A stretch of DNA of 32,000 bases from Candidatus Scatovicinus merdipullorum (GCA_018712865.1 DVGH01000041.1:21516-53515); one strand, 5' to 3'. Positions 18,049-27,384 are shown, counted from the first letter of the stretch. Notes: generated by a model from the letters alone, not told the origin. Numbers and translations are program-made.

Positions 18049-20232
18049 ATGCCGCAATCTATGATACATTATCAGGATTATGACGAGCTTGTAAGCATGC
18101 TCAAAAAGAGCGATCAAAATTTTGATATGGAGCTGATCGACAAAGCATATCATCTTGCGTTAGAGGCACACGGCGATCAACGGCGTGTTTCGGGTGTTCC
18201 GTATATTTTGCATCCTACGTCGGTTGCATGTATTTTGGTCGATCTGGGGATGGACACGGAATCTATCGCAGCGGCCCTTCTGCACGACGTTGTGGAAGAC
18301 ACGCCGGTCACACTGGATGAAATATCCAAGGAATTTGGGACGGAAATTGCACATTTGATCGACGGCGTTACAAAGCTGCGTAAAATTCCTTTTTCCTCTC
18401 GTGAGCTGCAGCAGGCCGAAAATATACGCAAAATGCTTATGGCTATGGCGGACGATATTCGTGTAATCATTATAAAGCTTGCGGACCGTTTGCATAATAT
18501 GCGTACAATCGACTGTATGGAAGAGCAAAAACGCAGAGATATTGCGCTTGAAAATATGGAGATTTTTGCGCCTATTGCACACAGATTGGGCATCCGTGCG
18601 CTGAAGGAGGAAATGGAAGACCTGTCGATCCGTTACCTGGATCCGGTAGGGTATTGTGAAATTGAGCATGTGCTTGCATTGAGTGAATCGGAGCGGGATA
18701 AGTTTATATCTGAAATTAAAAATGACATCATTTCGCGCACAAAAGGAATCATCCCCAATGTATATGTAGAAGGCCGTGTAAAAAGCATTAACGGAATTTA
18801 CCGCAAAACCTATATGAAAGGAAAAACCATTGAACAGATTTTCGATATTTTTGCAGTTAGGGTAATCGTAAACACGGTAAACGACTGTTATAACGTTCTG
18901 GGAATCATCCATGATATATTTCAGCCATTGCCAAACCGTTTTAAGGATTATATTTCAACACCCAAGCCCAATATGTACCAATCGCTTCATACCACGGTCA
19001 TTGGAAAAGAAGGAATTCCCTTTGAGGTGCAGATTCGCACTTGGGAAATGCACCATACGGCGGAATATGGAATCGCGGCACATTGGAAGTATAAGCTGGG
19101 CCTATCTAAAAAGGACTCCTTAGAGGAAAAGGTTGCCTGGATTCGTAAAATGCTTGAAAATCAGGCAGACGACGATGCAACCGATATCCTTCGCAACATT
19201 AAGACGGATCTTGCTTCCGACGACGTGTTTGTTTTTACCCCAAAGGGCGATGTGATCGATCTGCCGCTTGGCTCAACGGTCATAGATGTGGCATATGCCA
19301 TTCATTCCGCTGTCGGTAATCGAATGACAGGTGCAAAAGTGGATGGGAAAATTGTGCCCATAGACTATAAGATCAAAACGGGTGAAATTGTAGAGATTAT
19401 CACCAAAAAAGAGGGCGGCGCGCCCAACAGGGACTGGCTGAAAATTGTAAAAACGAGCGAAGCCAGAAGCAAGATCCGCCAATGGTTTAAAAGAGAAAAA
19501 CGTGATGAAAACATTGCAGAGGGCAAGGCAGAACTCGAACGCGAATTTAAGCACGCCGGGATTGCACTCAGCGAAGACGAAATGGCACAGTTTGTATTTA
19601 CTGTGCTGCGCAAACAGCATTTTGCAAGCAAAGAAGACCTTTTTGCCGCAATTGGATACGGCGGCGTGCAATTATGGAAAATTATGCCTCGTCTTAAAGA
19701 GGAGTATGCCAAACTGAAAAATCCCGCGCCGCAGGAAGCTCCGCAGATGATCCAAAAGGAAGCTCCGCCAAAGCGCCGGGTCAGCAGCGGTGTGATTGTC
19801 GAAGGCGTGGATGATATGCTGATTAAATTTTCAAAGTGCTGTAATCCGTTGCCGGGCGACGATATTGTCGGATTTATTACAAGAGGCTTCGGTGTTTCCA
19901 TCCATAAAAAAACCTGCGTAAATGTACCGCAAAATATGGACCAATGTGAAGCACCGCACCGTTGGGTGAAAGCCCAATGGGCAGAGCAGGTTAAAGAGGT
20001 TTTTCAGGCAAATCTGCGTATTTTGGCTTCTGACAGGACGGGGCTGCTCGCCGATCTTGCCATTCAACTGGCGAATATGCATATTTTTATTCATAATATG
20101 GATTCCAGAGAAAGCAAAAACGGCCAGGCAATTGTGCGTTTTTCCATTCGTGTAAACGGCAGGGAGCATTTACAATCGATTATGGATAAATTAAAGAGTA
20201 TTCCGGGAATTCTTACGGTGGAAAGAATATAA
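18049..20232 (+). CDS. relA: Bifunctional (p)ppGpp synthetase/hydrolase (Rel/SpoT homologue)
   Basis: HD hydrolase domain (HPTSVA, LLHDVVEDT), synthetase domain (RVKS..GIYRK, FKDYISTPKPNMYQSLHT, EVQIRT), and TGS and ACT C-terminal domains. Confidence 0.96.
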   Translation: MPQSMIHYQDYDELVSMLKKSDQNFDMELIDKAYHLALEAHGDQRRVSGVPYILHPTSVACILVDLGMDTESIAAALLHDVVEDTPVTLDEISKEFGTEIAHLIDGVTKLRKIPFSSRELQQAENIRKMLMAMADDIRVIIIKLADRLHNMRTIDCMEEQKRRDIALENMEIFAPIAHRLGIRALKEEMEDLSIRYLDPVGYCEIEHVLALSESERDKFISEIKNDIISRTKGIIPNVYVEGRVKSINGIYRKTYMKGKTIEQIFDIFAVRVIVNTVNDCYNVLGIIHDIFQPLPNRFKDYISTPKPNMYQSLHTTVIGKEGIPFEVQIRTWEMHHTAEYGIAAHWKYKLGLSKKDSLEEKVAWIRKMLENQADDDATDILRNIKTDLASDDVFVFTPKGDVIDLPLGSTVIDVAYAIHSAVGNRMTGAKVDGKIVPIDYKIKTGEIVEIITKKEGGAPNRDWLKIVKTSEARSKIRQWFKREKRDENIAEGKAELEREFKHAGIALSEDEMAQFVFTVLRKQHFASKEDLFAAIGYGGVQLWKIMPRLKEEYAKLKNPAPQEAPQMIQKEAPPKRRVSSGVIVEGVDDMLIKFSKCCNPLPGDDIVGFITRGFGVSIHKKTCVNVPQNMDQCEAPHRWVKAQWAEQVKEVFQANLRILASDRTGLLADLAIQLANMHIFIHNMDSRESKNGQAIVRFSIRVNGREHLQSIMDKLKSIPGILTVERI

Positions 20233-20289
20233 TTTTTCAGCGCACAGCTGTTTTGCCGTGCAAATTTGGTTTTTAGAGAGGAAAGCAAT

Positions 20290-20745
20290 ATGATAGCAGT
20301 CATACAGCGTGTTAGCAATGCCGCAGTTTGTGTACAGAGGCAAACGGTAGGAAAAATTGGGTGCGGTTTTTTAGTTTTGCTTGGTGTGGAAGCGGGCGAC
20401 AGCCGTAAAGAGGTAGAGGTATTGTCTGCAAAAGTGGCTGGGTTACGTATCTTTGAAGACACAGAGGGAAAAATGAATCTTGCACCTGCAGATGTTAAGG
20501 CGGGGATGCTGGTGATTTCAAACTTTACGCTGTGCGCAGACTGCAAAAAAGGACGGCGGCCCAATTTTATGCGCGCGGCCTTACCGGATTTAGCAAACGA
20601 GCTATACATGTATTTTTGTGAATGTCTGCGTAAAAATGGAATAGAAGATGTACAAAGAGGCGTTTTTGGAGCGGATATGCAGGTATCGCTTTGCAACGAC
20701 GGCCCTGTCACAATTATTTTAGATTCAAAGGAGCTTGCTTGTTGA
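20290..20745 (+). CDS. dtd: D-aminoacyl-tRNA deacylase
   Basis: MIAVIQRV start and SNFTL, both typical of Dtd. ATG 20290 is 7 nt after GAGAGGAAAG. The ORF-track start at 20266 lacks an RBS. Confidence 0.9.
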   Translation: MIAVIQRVSNAAVCVQRQTVGKIGCGFLVLLGVEAGDSRKEVEVLSAKVAGLRIFEDTEGKMNLAPADVKAGMLVISNFTLCADCKKGRRPNFMRAALPDLANELYMYFCECLRKNGIEDVQRGVFGADMQVSLCNDGPVTIILDSKELAC

Positions 20746-21392
20746 TGCTGGAAATCAAAAAATATACTGTGAATATGCTGGAAACCAATTGCTATCTTAT
20801 AAAAGATGTGGCAAGCGGACTATATGCGATCGTTGATCCGGGCGGCATGACGCCGCCCCTTTTGCAGCAGCTTGCAAAATGCAAACAAGACCTTCGCTAT
20901 ATTTTGCTTACACATGGGCATTTTGATCATATGTGCAACGCGCCAGATATTCAGAAAATGACGGGCGCACCTGTTGTTCTATGTGAAGATGAAGCCGCTC
21001 TTTTACGCGACCCTGCGCTGAATTTGTCGTCAATGTTTACACAATATTCTGTCAAACCTTTTGAAGCGGAGCTTCTGCTTGGAGAAAATGCGTCTGTAAC
21101 GCTTGGTCAGACAAGGATTTGTATGATCAAAACGCCGGGACACACAAGCGGCAGCGCCTGCTTTATAGCAGACGGAAGGATTTTCTCGGGCGATACGCTG
21201 ATGTGCGGTACAGTTGGAAGGACGGATCTGCCTACCGGCAACATTAAGAAATTGCAAGAATCTTTAAAAAAACTCAAAGCTTTAAAAGGAAATTATATGA
21301 TACATCCAGGACATGGAAAAGATACGACGCTTGCGTTTGAAATAGAAAACAATCACTATTTAAGGAATATGCGGTATGAAGATCTATATTGA
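20745..21392 (+). CDS. MBL-fold metallo-hydrolase (glyoxalase II-like)
   Basis: Contains LTHGHFDH (HxHxDH), TPGHTSGS and a distal HPGHG. ATG 20745 shares one nt with the dtd TGA. Confidence 0.88.
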   Translation: MLEIKKYTVNMLETNCYLIKDVASGLYAIVDPGGMTPPLLQQLAKCKQDLRYILLTHGHFDHMCNAPDIQKMTGAPVVLCEDEAALLRDPALNLSSMFTQYSVKPFEAELLLGENASVTLGQTRICMIKTPGHTSGSACFIADGRIFSGDTLMCGTVGRTDLPTGNIKKLQESLKKLKALKGNYMIHPGHGKDTTLAFEIENNHYLRNMRYEDLY

Positions 21393-22857
21393 AAACCATT
21401 CGTTCCATTATGAAATAGAAAACCTGGTTCGGGTGTTTTTTCCAAATGAAAAGCTGGAGGTTATCAAGGATCATCCAGATGAAATCTGTCAAGAACCCTG
21501 CATCTTAACACGCCTTGCCGATGCGGAGGCGGGATGCACTACCGTATATGTAGCTGTTGCGATTGACGGAAATAAAAAAGAAGCTTCGCAGAAGGTTTTT
21601 GATACGTGCAGCGAAACAGAAGATGAATGCGAGCGAGTTATGGCGGTTTTGCTGTACGAAATACTTTCCGAGCAAACGAAAATGTACCCACCCTGGGGAA
21701 TATTGACGGGCGTAAGACCGGTTAAGCTGCTGCGCGCGCTGACCGATGCGCACGGCAGCAGGTACGCACAGGATTATTTTATAAAGAAGCTCCTTGTTTC
21801 GCCTGCCAAAGCACAACTGGCTGCAGAAACGGAGCGTGTGGAACGGGAAATTCTGACACTTTCAAAAAAACACTCCTTTTCCCTTTATATCTCTGTCCCG
21901 TTTTGTCCTTCCCGCTGCAGCTATTGTTCTTTTGTATCACAGTCGGTAGAAAAGGCGGCGAAGCTGATAGAGCCATATACACAGCTTTTGTGCAGAGAGA
22001 TTGCCGAAACCGGCAGACTGGCGAATAGGCTGGGGCTTGTACTTGAAACGGTATACATAGGCGGCGGAACGCCGACTACTCTGTTTGCCGGGCAGCTTTC
22101 CAGAATTATGGAAGCTATTCATACAAGCTTTGATATGCAGACCTGCAGGGAGTTTACAGTGGAAGCCGGCAGACCAGACACGATTACCTATCAAAAGCTT
22201 CTGGCAATCCGGGACGGCGGAGCAGAACGGATCAGTATCAATCCGCAATCCTTAAACGATAAAATTCTTGCGCAAATTGGCAGGAGGCATACGGCAAAGC
22301 AAACGTTAGAAGCGTTCTCACTTGCGCGGCAGGCGGGCTTTGGCCATATCAATACCGATTTAATTGCCGGACTGCCAACAGAGAGCGTTCAAAGCTTTCA
22401 ACATACACTGGACACGCTGCTTTCCCTTTCGCCCGAAAGCATTACGGTGCATACGCTTGCAATGAAAAAATCCTCCCGGCTGACAGAAGAGGGGATGCGG
22501 CTGTACAGAGAAGATGCGGCAACAGCCGCCGATATGCATGCCCTTTGTGCTTTATCGCTACCAAAGCATGGATATCAACCGTATTATTTATACAGACAAA
22601 GCAGGATGGTAGGGAACCTTGAAAATGTGGGATGGTCCCAAAAAGGACACGAGGGGCTGTATAATGTTTTTATTATGGACGAAACGCATACCATTCTGGG
22701 CTGCGGCGCAGGCGCTGTTACAAAGCTTAAACAGCCGTCTGGAACGTATTTGGAACGTATATTTAATTATAAATACCCATATGAATATATCAGTCGTTTT
22801 GAGGAAATGCTCAAGCGTAAGGAAAGGCTAGAACCGTTTTATGAACATTATGCCTAA
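21376..22857 (+). CDS. HemZ/HemN-like oxygen-independent coproporphyrinogen-oxidase-family radical SAM protein
   Basis: 493 aa with radical SAM motif CPSRCSYCSF, GGGTP, and an N-terminal extension of about 170 aa as in B. subtilis HemZ. It overlaps the MBL gene by 17 nt. Confidence 0.85.
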   Translation: MKIYIENHSFHYEIENLVRVFFPNEKLEVIKDHPDEICQEPCILTRLADAEAGCTTVYVAVAIDGNKKEASQKVFDTCSETEDECERVMAVLLYEILSEQTKMYPPWGILTGVRPVKLLRALTDAHGSRYAQDYFIKKLLVSPAKAQLAAETERVEREILTLSKKHSFSLYISVPFCPSRCSYCSFVSQSVEKAAKLIEPYTQLLCREIAETGRLANRLGLVLETVYIGGGTPTTLFAGQLSRIMEAIHTSFDMQTCREFTVEAGRPDTITYQKLLAIRDGGAERISINPQSLNDKILAQIGRRHTAKQTLEAFSLARQAGFGHINTDLIAGLPTESVQSFQHTLDTLLSLSPESITVHTLAMKKSSRLTEEGMRLYREDAATAADMHALCALSLPKHGYQPYYLYRQSRMVGNLENVGWSQKGHEGLYNVFIMDETHTILGCGAGAVTKLKQPSGTYLERIFNYKYPYEYISRFEEMLKRKERLEPFYEHYA

Positions 22858-23803
22858 CAGCTATCACCGCTTTGTTACAACTGCCGAACAAATCAATACT
22901 TCTGTGCGCACCGCGCCGCAGGATTTTGTCCGGTATATTGAAGACGCATATAATAATGCTGTGCAACATATTGCACAGCAGATTCTTTCACCTGCATGTG
23001 GATGCCGGATTGTAATGCTGACGGGACCTTCCGGAAGCGGAAAGACAACAACGGCAAAAAAACTGTCTGATGCGCTTGCAAAACAAGGCTTTGGAGCGGT
23101 GACAATCTCTTTGGATGATTTTTTTCTGGGGGAAGCGCGTACCGCGCCTGGAAAAAACGGAAAGCCGGATTATGAATCTGTTTATGCTTTGGATATTCCC
23201 CAGGTACATAGCTGTATGTTTGACCTGCTTCACTATGGTTATTGTAAAATGCCAAAATTTAACTTCCGCATGAAAAAACCATATAATGAAAAAAAGATCA
23301 TAACTTTACCGGAAGGGCATATAGCTATAATAGAAGGACTGCACGCACTGAATCCGGTTTTTACGGATGAATTTCATTGCCACGGCCTTTTAAAGTTATA
23401 TGTGAGCGTAAAGCAGGGGATCTCCTCAGGCGGGCAGGAGCTTTTATCCGCGCAGGATATCCGCTTTTTAAGACGCATGGTACGCGACTATCAGTTCCGC
23501 AAGGCGCTGCCTGCGTTCACTTTTGATATTTGGCCGTCTGTGTGCGAAGGGGAAAAAAGAAACATTGCTCCTTATAAGAAGCATTCGGATTTTACATTGA
23601 ATACAATTCATCTTTATGAGCCGTGCGCGGTCGGTGGGCTTGCCGTACCATTGCTCAAAACGATAGAAAGGGACAGCCCCCACCACCGAAAAGCACAGGA
23701 GCTTTTAGAAAAGATCTGTTTTTTTGCAAAGCTGGATTTGCAACTGATCCCACAGGATTCCCTGCTCAGGGAATTTATTGGCGGCGGAAGCTACAGTTAT
23801 TGA
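22841..23803 (+). CDS. P-loop nucleoside/uridine kinase (PRK/Udk) family protein
   Basis: Walker A GPSGSGKTT, ISLDDFF, IIEGLHALNP. It overlaps the radical SAM gene by 17 nt. No SD is visible, suggesting translational coupling. Confidence 0.75.
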   Translation: MNIMPNSYHRFVTTAEQINTSVRTAPQDFVRYIEDAYNNAVQHIAQQILSPACGCRIVMLTGPSGSGKTTTAKKLSDALAKQGFGAVTISLDDFFLGEARTAPGKNGKPDYESVYALDIPQVHSCMFDLLHYGYCKMPKFNFRMKKPYNEKKIITLPEGHIAIIEGLHALNPVFTDEFHCHGLLKLYVSVKQGISSGGQELLSAQDIRFLRRMVRDYQFRKALPAFTFDIWPSVCEGEKRNIAPYKKHSDFTLNTIHLYEPCAVGGLAVPLLKTIERDSPHHRKAQELLEKICFFAKLDLQLIPQDSLLREFIGGGSYSY

Positions 23804-23824
23804 CAGCTGTTAACAATATTTTCA

Positions 23825-23853
23825 TTGAATCCAAATGCTGGCAGTGCTATAAT
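23825..23853 (+). promoter_or_regulatory. sigma-A type promoter for the zinc-ribbon gene
   Basis: TTGAAT (23825-23830), a 17-nt spacer ending in TGC, then TATAAT (23848-23853). The RBS AAAGGAGAAG follows at 23878-23887. Confidence 0.6.
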
Positions 23854-23892
23854 AAAACAAGAATCTGGTTGGAAAGAAAAGGAGAAGACAAT

Positions 23893-24357
23893 ATGGGGAT
23901 TTTTGACGATGTGGTGATGAATGCAAAATCTGCAGTCAATGTTGTTGGCAAGAAGGCAGAACAGTTGGTGGATTTATCAAAGCTTAAATATGCGGAAAGC
24001 GGTATTCATCATGAAATTGAGGAAAAGCTGCGGGATCTGGGCAGCTTTGTATATGAATCGACCGTCTCGGGTGAAACAGACGCGAAACTGCTGGAGAAGA
24101 AGATAGAGCAGCTGACAGAGTTGTATCAGCAGCTTGAAATGACCAGGGAAATGCTTGCGGCGGAAAAAAATAAAAAATGCTGTAAGGCTTGTGGGAGCGT
24201 TAATGATAAAGAGGCTTTTATCTGCTATAAATGCGGGGCAAAACTGCAAAAGGATAAAAAGTCAGGCCAGCCCTCTAAGGAGAAAAAAGCAAACGAAAAA
24301 AGCGCCAATGCAGGGCAAAAGCCAAAGAATACTGCTGAGGACACATCCACACAGTAA
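23893..24357 (+). CDS. Small coiled-coil plus zinc-ribbon protein, function unknown
   Basis: ATG 23893 follows a strong RBS. CxxC-N11-CxxC (CKACGSVNDKEAFICYKCG) is followed by a Lys/Ser-rich tail. The ORF-track start at 23623 lies inside the upstream gene and upstream of the promoter. Confidence 0.7.
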   Translation: MGIFDDVVMNAKSAVNVVGKKAEQLVDLSKLKYAESGIHHEIEEKLRDLGSFVYESTVSGETDAKLLEKKIEQLTELYQQLEMTREMLAAEKNKKCCKACGSVNDKEAFICYKCGAKLQKDKKSGQPSKEKKANEKSANAGQKPKNTAEDTSTQ

Positions 24358-24380
24358 TAATTTTGTAAAAGATACGGCTG

Positions 24381-24398
24381 GGCGGGGAAAACCCCGCC
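24381..24398 (+). other. GC-rich hairpin without a U-tract (possible weak terminator or processing site)
   Basis: GGCGGGG-AAAA-CCCCGCC, 24 nt after the zinc-ribbon stop. It is followed by TATCATT rather than a T-run. Confidence 0.3.
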
Positions 24399-24429
24399 TA
24401 TCATTATGACGGTCAAAGGTGGTGTTCCG

Positions 24430-26199
24430 GTGGCGGAAAAAGCAAAAACAGGCGGCCAGTCGTTTTTACAGGGAGCCATGGTGCTAGGCGTCAGTATGGT
24501 TATTGTAAAAATTATGGGGATGGTTTACAAAATCCTACTGGCACGTGTTTTAGACGGCGTTGGGAACGGCATTTTTAATATAGCGTATGAACTGTATAAC
24601 CCTTTGTTTATGCTGGCGACAGCAGGTTTTCCTATTGCCATTTCGCGTATGGTTTCTGAAAGCGTTGCGCAGGGAAGGTACAGAGATGTCCGGAAGCTGC
24701 ATAGGATATCAATCCCTATTTTTATCTGTACAGGGATGATCTGTTTTTTACTGATGCTGATTGGCGGCAATTTTTATGCAGATCTTGTGGAGTCATCTGA
24801 ATCTAAGCTTGCTATCTTTATGCTTTCGCCAATGATTTTGTTTGGATGCCTGATGGCGATTTACCGCGGATATTACGAAGGTCTGCGCAACATGGTGCCT
24901 ACGGCGGTTTCAGAAATTATTGAAGCGTCTGGAAAGCTGCTGTTGGGATTGTCGCTGGCCTATCTTGTGTCTTATTTTGGTACGCAGGAATATCAGACAA
25001 GCGGCACGCTGTTTGGGCAAGCCATTGCGAATGAAGAAGCATTTTATACACAATTAATGAGCTATACAGTAGCGGCTGCCATATTGGGCATTGCAATTGG
25101 TGCATTTTGTGGATTTCTTTATTTGTTTTTAAGGCATAAGATCAAAGGCGACGGCATACGCCGAGTACAGCTTGTACATGCGCCGCCGTCGCGTCCGGCA
25201 AAATCTATTACCAAGCAGTTGATAACAACGGCGTTTCCGATAGGTTTGGGCGCAATTATTATGAGTATTTCCGGTACAATTGACTCGACGCTGGTGCAAT
25301 TGCGTATTTTGGATATTATGGAATCGCAGCCGGACTTACTGCAGTCCTATTTTGATTTTGTGGATCCGTCCTACTTTTTGCCGAATGCAGACGGGGATTT
25401 TAAAATACAGACGTTCTTATTTGGCAGCTATGGCTATAGCCTGACGCTTATGATGCTAGTCACGGCCGTTACACAGGTGTTTGGTACAAGTGCGCTGCCT
25501 TCTATTACTGCTGCATGGACGGCAAGGAATAAGAAGCGGATCAGGAGAAGTATTGAAACGGTATTGCGCACGACAACGCTGGTAACGCTGCCGGCAGGTT
25601 TTGGGATGTCGGTGCTTGCCTGGCCGATTACAAATTTGGTTTATGGCAACGGCAATAACAGCGCAGAGGTTCAAATTGCTTCTAATGTGCTGCAAATTAT
25701 GGGCATATCGGTTATTTTTATTGCTACCAGTACGCCGGTTTGCAGTATGCTGCAAGCGGTAGGAAGAGTGGATCTTCCACTTAAACTTCTTACTATTGGT
25801 ATGGTAATTAAAATTATTTTAAATTATACACTGGTAGGAATTCCTTCTGTAAATATCCAGGGCGCAGCGGTCGGTTCTCTGGTCGGATATCTTTTTGTGC
25901 TGGTAATGGGGCTATATTTTCTTTGCAAAGAGACAAAAATTATACCAAATTTTGTCACGGTTTTTATTAAGCCTTTGCTTGCAGCTTTATTGTGCGCAGT
26001 TACGGCGATTTTAAGCTATAATCTGATTGTTTTGGTGATACCGACGAAGATTGCGACAATTTTGGCGATCCTTTTAGCGGTGGTTATCTATGCGATTGCA
26101 CTCTTTTTATTACGCGCTATTACAAAAGACGATATTAACATGCTCCCAAAAGGGAAGAAAATTGCAAAAACACTTGAAAAACATCATTTAATAAGGTAG
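24430..26199 (+). CDS. MOP-superfamily flippase (MurJ / SpoVB / YabM-like polysaccharide or lipid II flippase)
   Basis: Polytopic membrane protein whose N-terminus QSFLQGAMVLGVSMVIVKIMGMVYKILLARVLD is typical of SpoVB/YabM. It occupies the syntenic position of B. subtilis yabM. GTG 24430 is 7 nt after AAAGGTGG. ATG 24406 is an alternative start. Confidence 0.82.
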   Translation: MAEKAKTGGQSFLQGAMVLGVSMVIVKIMGMVYKILLARVLDGVGNGIFNIAYELYNPLFMLATAGFPIAISRMVSESVAQGRYRDVRKLHRISIPIFICTGMICFLLMLIGGNFYADLVESSESKLAIFMLSPMILFGCLMAIYRGYYEGLRNMVPTAVSEIIEASGKLLLGLSLAYLVSYFGTQEYQTSGTLFGQAIANEEAFYTQLMSYTVAAAILGIAIGAFCGFLYLFLRHKIKGDGIRRVQLVHAPPSRPAKSITKQLITTAFPIGLGAIIMSISGTIDSTLVQLRILDIMESQPDLLQSYFDFVDPSYFLPNADGDFKIQTFLFGSYGYSLTLMMLVTAVTQVFGTSALPSITAAWTARNKKRIRRSIETVLRTTTLVTLPAGFGMSVLAWPITNLVYGNGNNSAEVQIASNVLQIMGISVIFIATSTPVCSMLQAVGRVDLPLKLLTIGMVIKIILNYTLVGIPSVNIQGAAVGSLVGYLFVLVMGLYFLCKETKIIPNFVTVFIKPLLAALLCAVTAILSYNLIVLVIPTKIATILAILLAVVIYAIALFLLRAITKDDINMLPKGKKIAKTLEKHHLIR

Positions 26200-26257
26200 A
26201 ATATGTTACGAAACATCCTTAACATGGCTGTTTTTTGACTTGGGGGTGTAGCACACG

Positions 26258-27055
26258 TTGGAGTTTACACAAAAAGCAAATTATACGTTTGATGATTTAG
26301 TCCGTATTATGCAGCTTTTAAGAACGCCGCAAGGCTGTCCCTGGGACAAAAAACAGACCCACCGTTCCATAAGGCAAAACTTTATAGAAGAAACATACGA
26401 AGTTGTTGAGGCAATTGACAAAGAAGACACCGAGCTTTTAAAAGAAGAGCTTGGCGATGTGCTTTTACAAGTTGTCTTTCATGCGCAGATTGAAGCTGAA
26501 GCAGGTTCGTTTAATATAAATGACGTTTCAGATGGGATTTGTAAAAAGCTGATTATAAGGCATCCGCATGTTTTTTCTGACGTAAAGGCAGATACGCCTG
26601 AAAAGGTTTTAAGCAATTGGGACAAAATAAAAATGGAAACAAAATCACAGTCGACCCAGGGGCAGGCGATGGAGAGTATTTCCAAAGCGTTGCCTTCGCT
26701 TATGCGCAGTGCAAAGATTCAGCAGAAAGCGGCGAAGATTGGCTTTGACTGGAAAAGCGCAGATGGCGCTTTTGCAAAAGTGGAAGAAGAGCTTGGCGAA
26801 TTAAAGGCTGCTTTTGCAAAGGAGGATACTTGCGCCTGTGAGGAAGAACTGGGTGATTTGCTCTTTTCTGTAGTAAATGTTTCGCGTTTTGTCGGCGCAG
26901 ATGCGGAAAAAGCCTTATATAATGCTTGTGACAAGTTTATAAAGCGTTTTTCCGCTTTAGAGCAGCTGGCCGCACAGCGCGGCATTGATGTAAAAGAGGC
27001 ACCCCTGAACCAACTTGATTCTTTGTGGGATGAAGTTAAGGAGTGTCAAAAATAA
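26258..27055 (+). CDS. mazG: Nucleoside triphosphate pyrophosphohydrolase MazG (tandem MazG domains)
   Basis: CPWD..QTH.S, two EE.YE/EELGDLLF motifs and RHPHVF. TTG start follows GGGGGTG. Confidence 0.9.
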   Translation: MEFTQKANYTFDDLVRIMQLLRTPQGCPWDKKQTHRSIRQNFIEETYEVVEAIDKEDTELLKEELGDVLLQVVFHAQIEAEAGSFNINDVSDGICKKLIIRHPHVFSDVKADTPEKVLSNWDKIKMETKSQSTQGQAMESISKALPSLMRSAKIQQKAAKIGFDWKSADGAFAKVEEELGELKAAFAKEDTCACEEELGDLLFSVVNVSRFVGADAEKALYNACDKFIKRFSALEQLAAQRGIDVKEAPLNQLDSLWDEVKECQK

Positions 27056-27085
27056 ATAATATCAAATGGCATGGAGGATTTTTTT

Positions 27086-27361
27086 ATGAACAAGACAGAA
27101 TTAATTGCAGCAGTTGCAGAAAAAAGCGAACTTTCAAAGAAAGACGCTGAAAAGGCAGTAACAGCAGTGCTGGACACAATTGTAGATTGTGTAGCGAAGG
27201 CTGAAAAAGTGCAGATTGTTGGTTTTGGTACTTTTGAACAGCGCCAGAGAAATGAAAGAACCGGCTGTGACCCCAGAACGAAAACACAAATTACAATTCC
27301 GGCTTCTAAGGTTCCCGCTTTCAAGGCAGGAAAGGCTTTTAAAGAGGCTGTGGATCAGTAA
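27086..27361 (+). CDS. hup: HU family DNA-binding protein
   Basis: 91 aa, colinear without gaps with remembered B. stearothermophilus HU (MNKTELI...VGFGTFE.R.R......P.T......IPASKVPAFKAGKA.K.AV). ATG 27086 is 7 nt after GGAGGA. Confidence 0.93.
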   Translation: MNKTELIAAVAEKSELSKKDAEKAVTAVLDTIVDCVAKAEKVQIVGFGTFEQRQRNERTGCDPRTKTQITIPASKVPAFKAGKAFKEAVDQ

Positions 27362-27384
27362 TTTTGCTTTTTTGTAATGTAAAG

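Noticed and set aside
18160-18912. 250-aa ORF antisense to relA. Similar long antisense ORFs occur at 630-1136, 4095-4586, 9428-10050, 19365-19901, 20091-20711, 28669-29073 and 29961-30398.
   Set aside because: Each lies entirely opposite a confidently identified conserved gene. Their compositions are low-complexity or Arg/Cys/Ser-rich, typical of shadow frames. None has a recognisable motif or RBS.
23623-23892. N-terminal extension of the zinc-ribbon ORF. The ORF track has similar extensions at 3300, 12894, 20266, 20691, 27071, 27392 and 6391.
   Set aside because: The extensions overlap upstream genes or run through a terminator hairpin or a promoter. Internal starts with proper SD spacing give N-termini matching the known families.
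26235-26245. The 11-mer TTGACTTGGGG occurs both here and at the synthetase promoter (29886-29896).
   Set aside because: At 26235 there is no -10 element at the correct spacing, because the mazG start codon sits there. A single short repeat found a posteriori is most likely coincidence.
26200-26257. Possible terminator after the flippase gene (ATGTT-ACGA-AACAT and a T6 run).
   Set aside because: The stem is only 5 bp, and 16 nt separate it from the T-run. That is not convincing as an intrinsic terminator.
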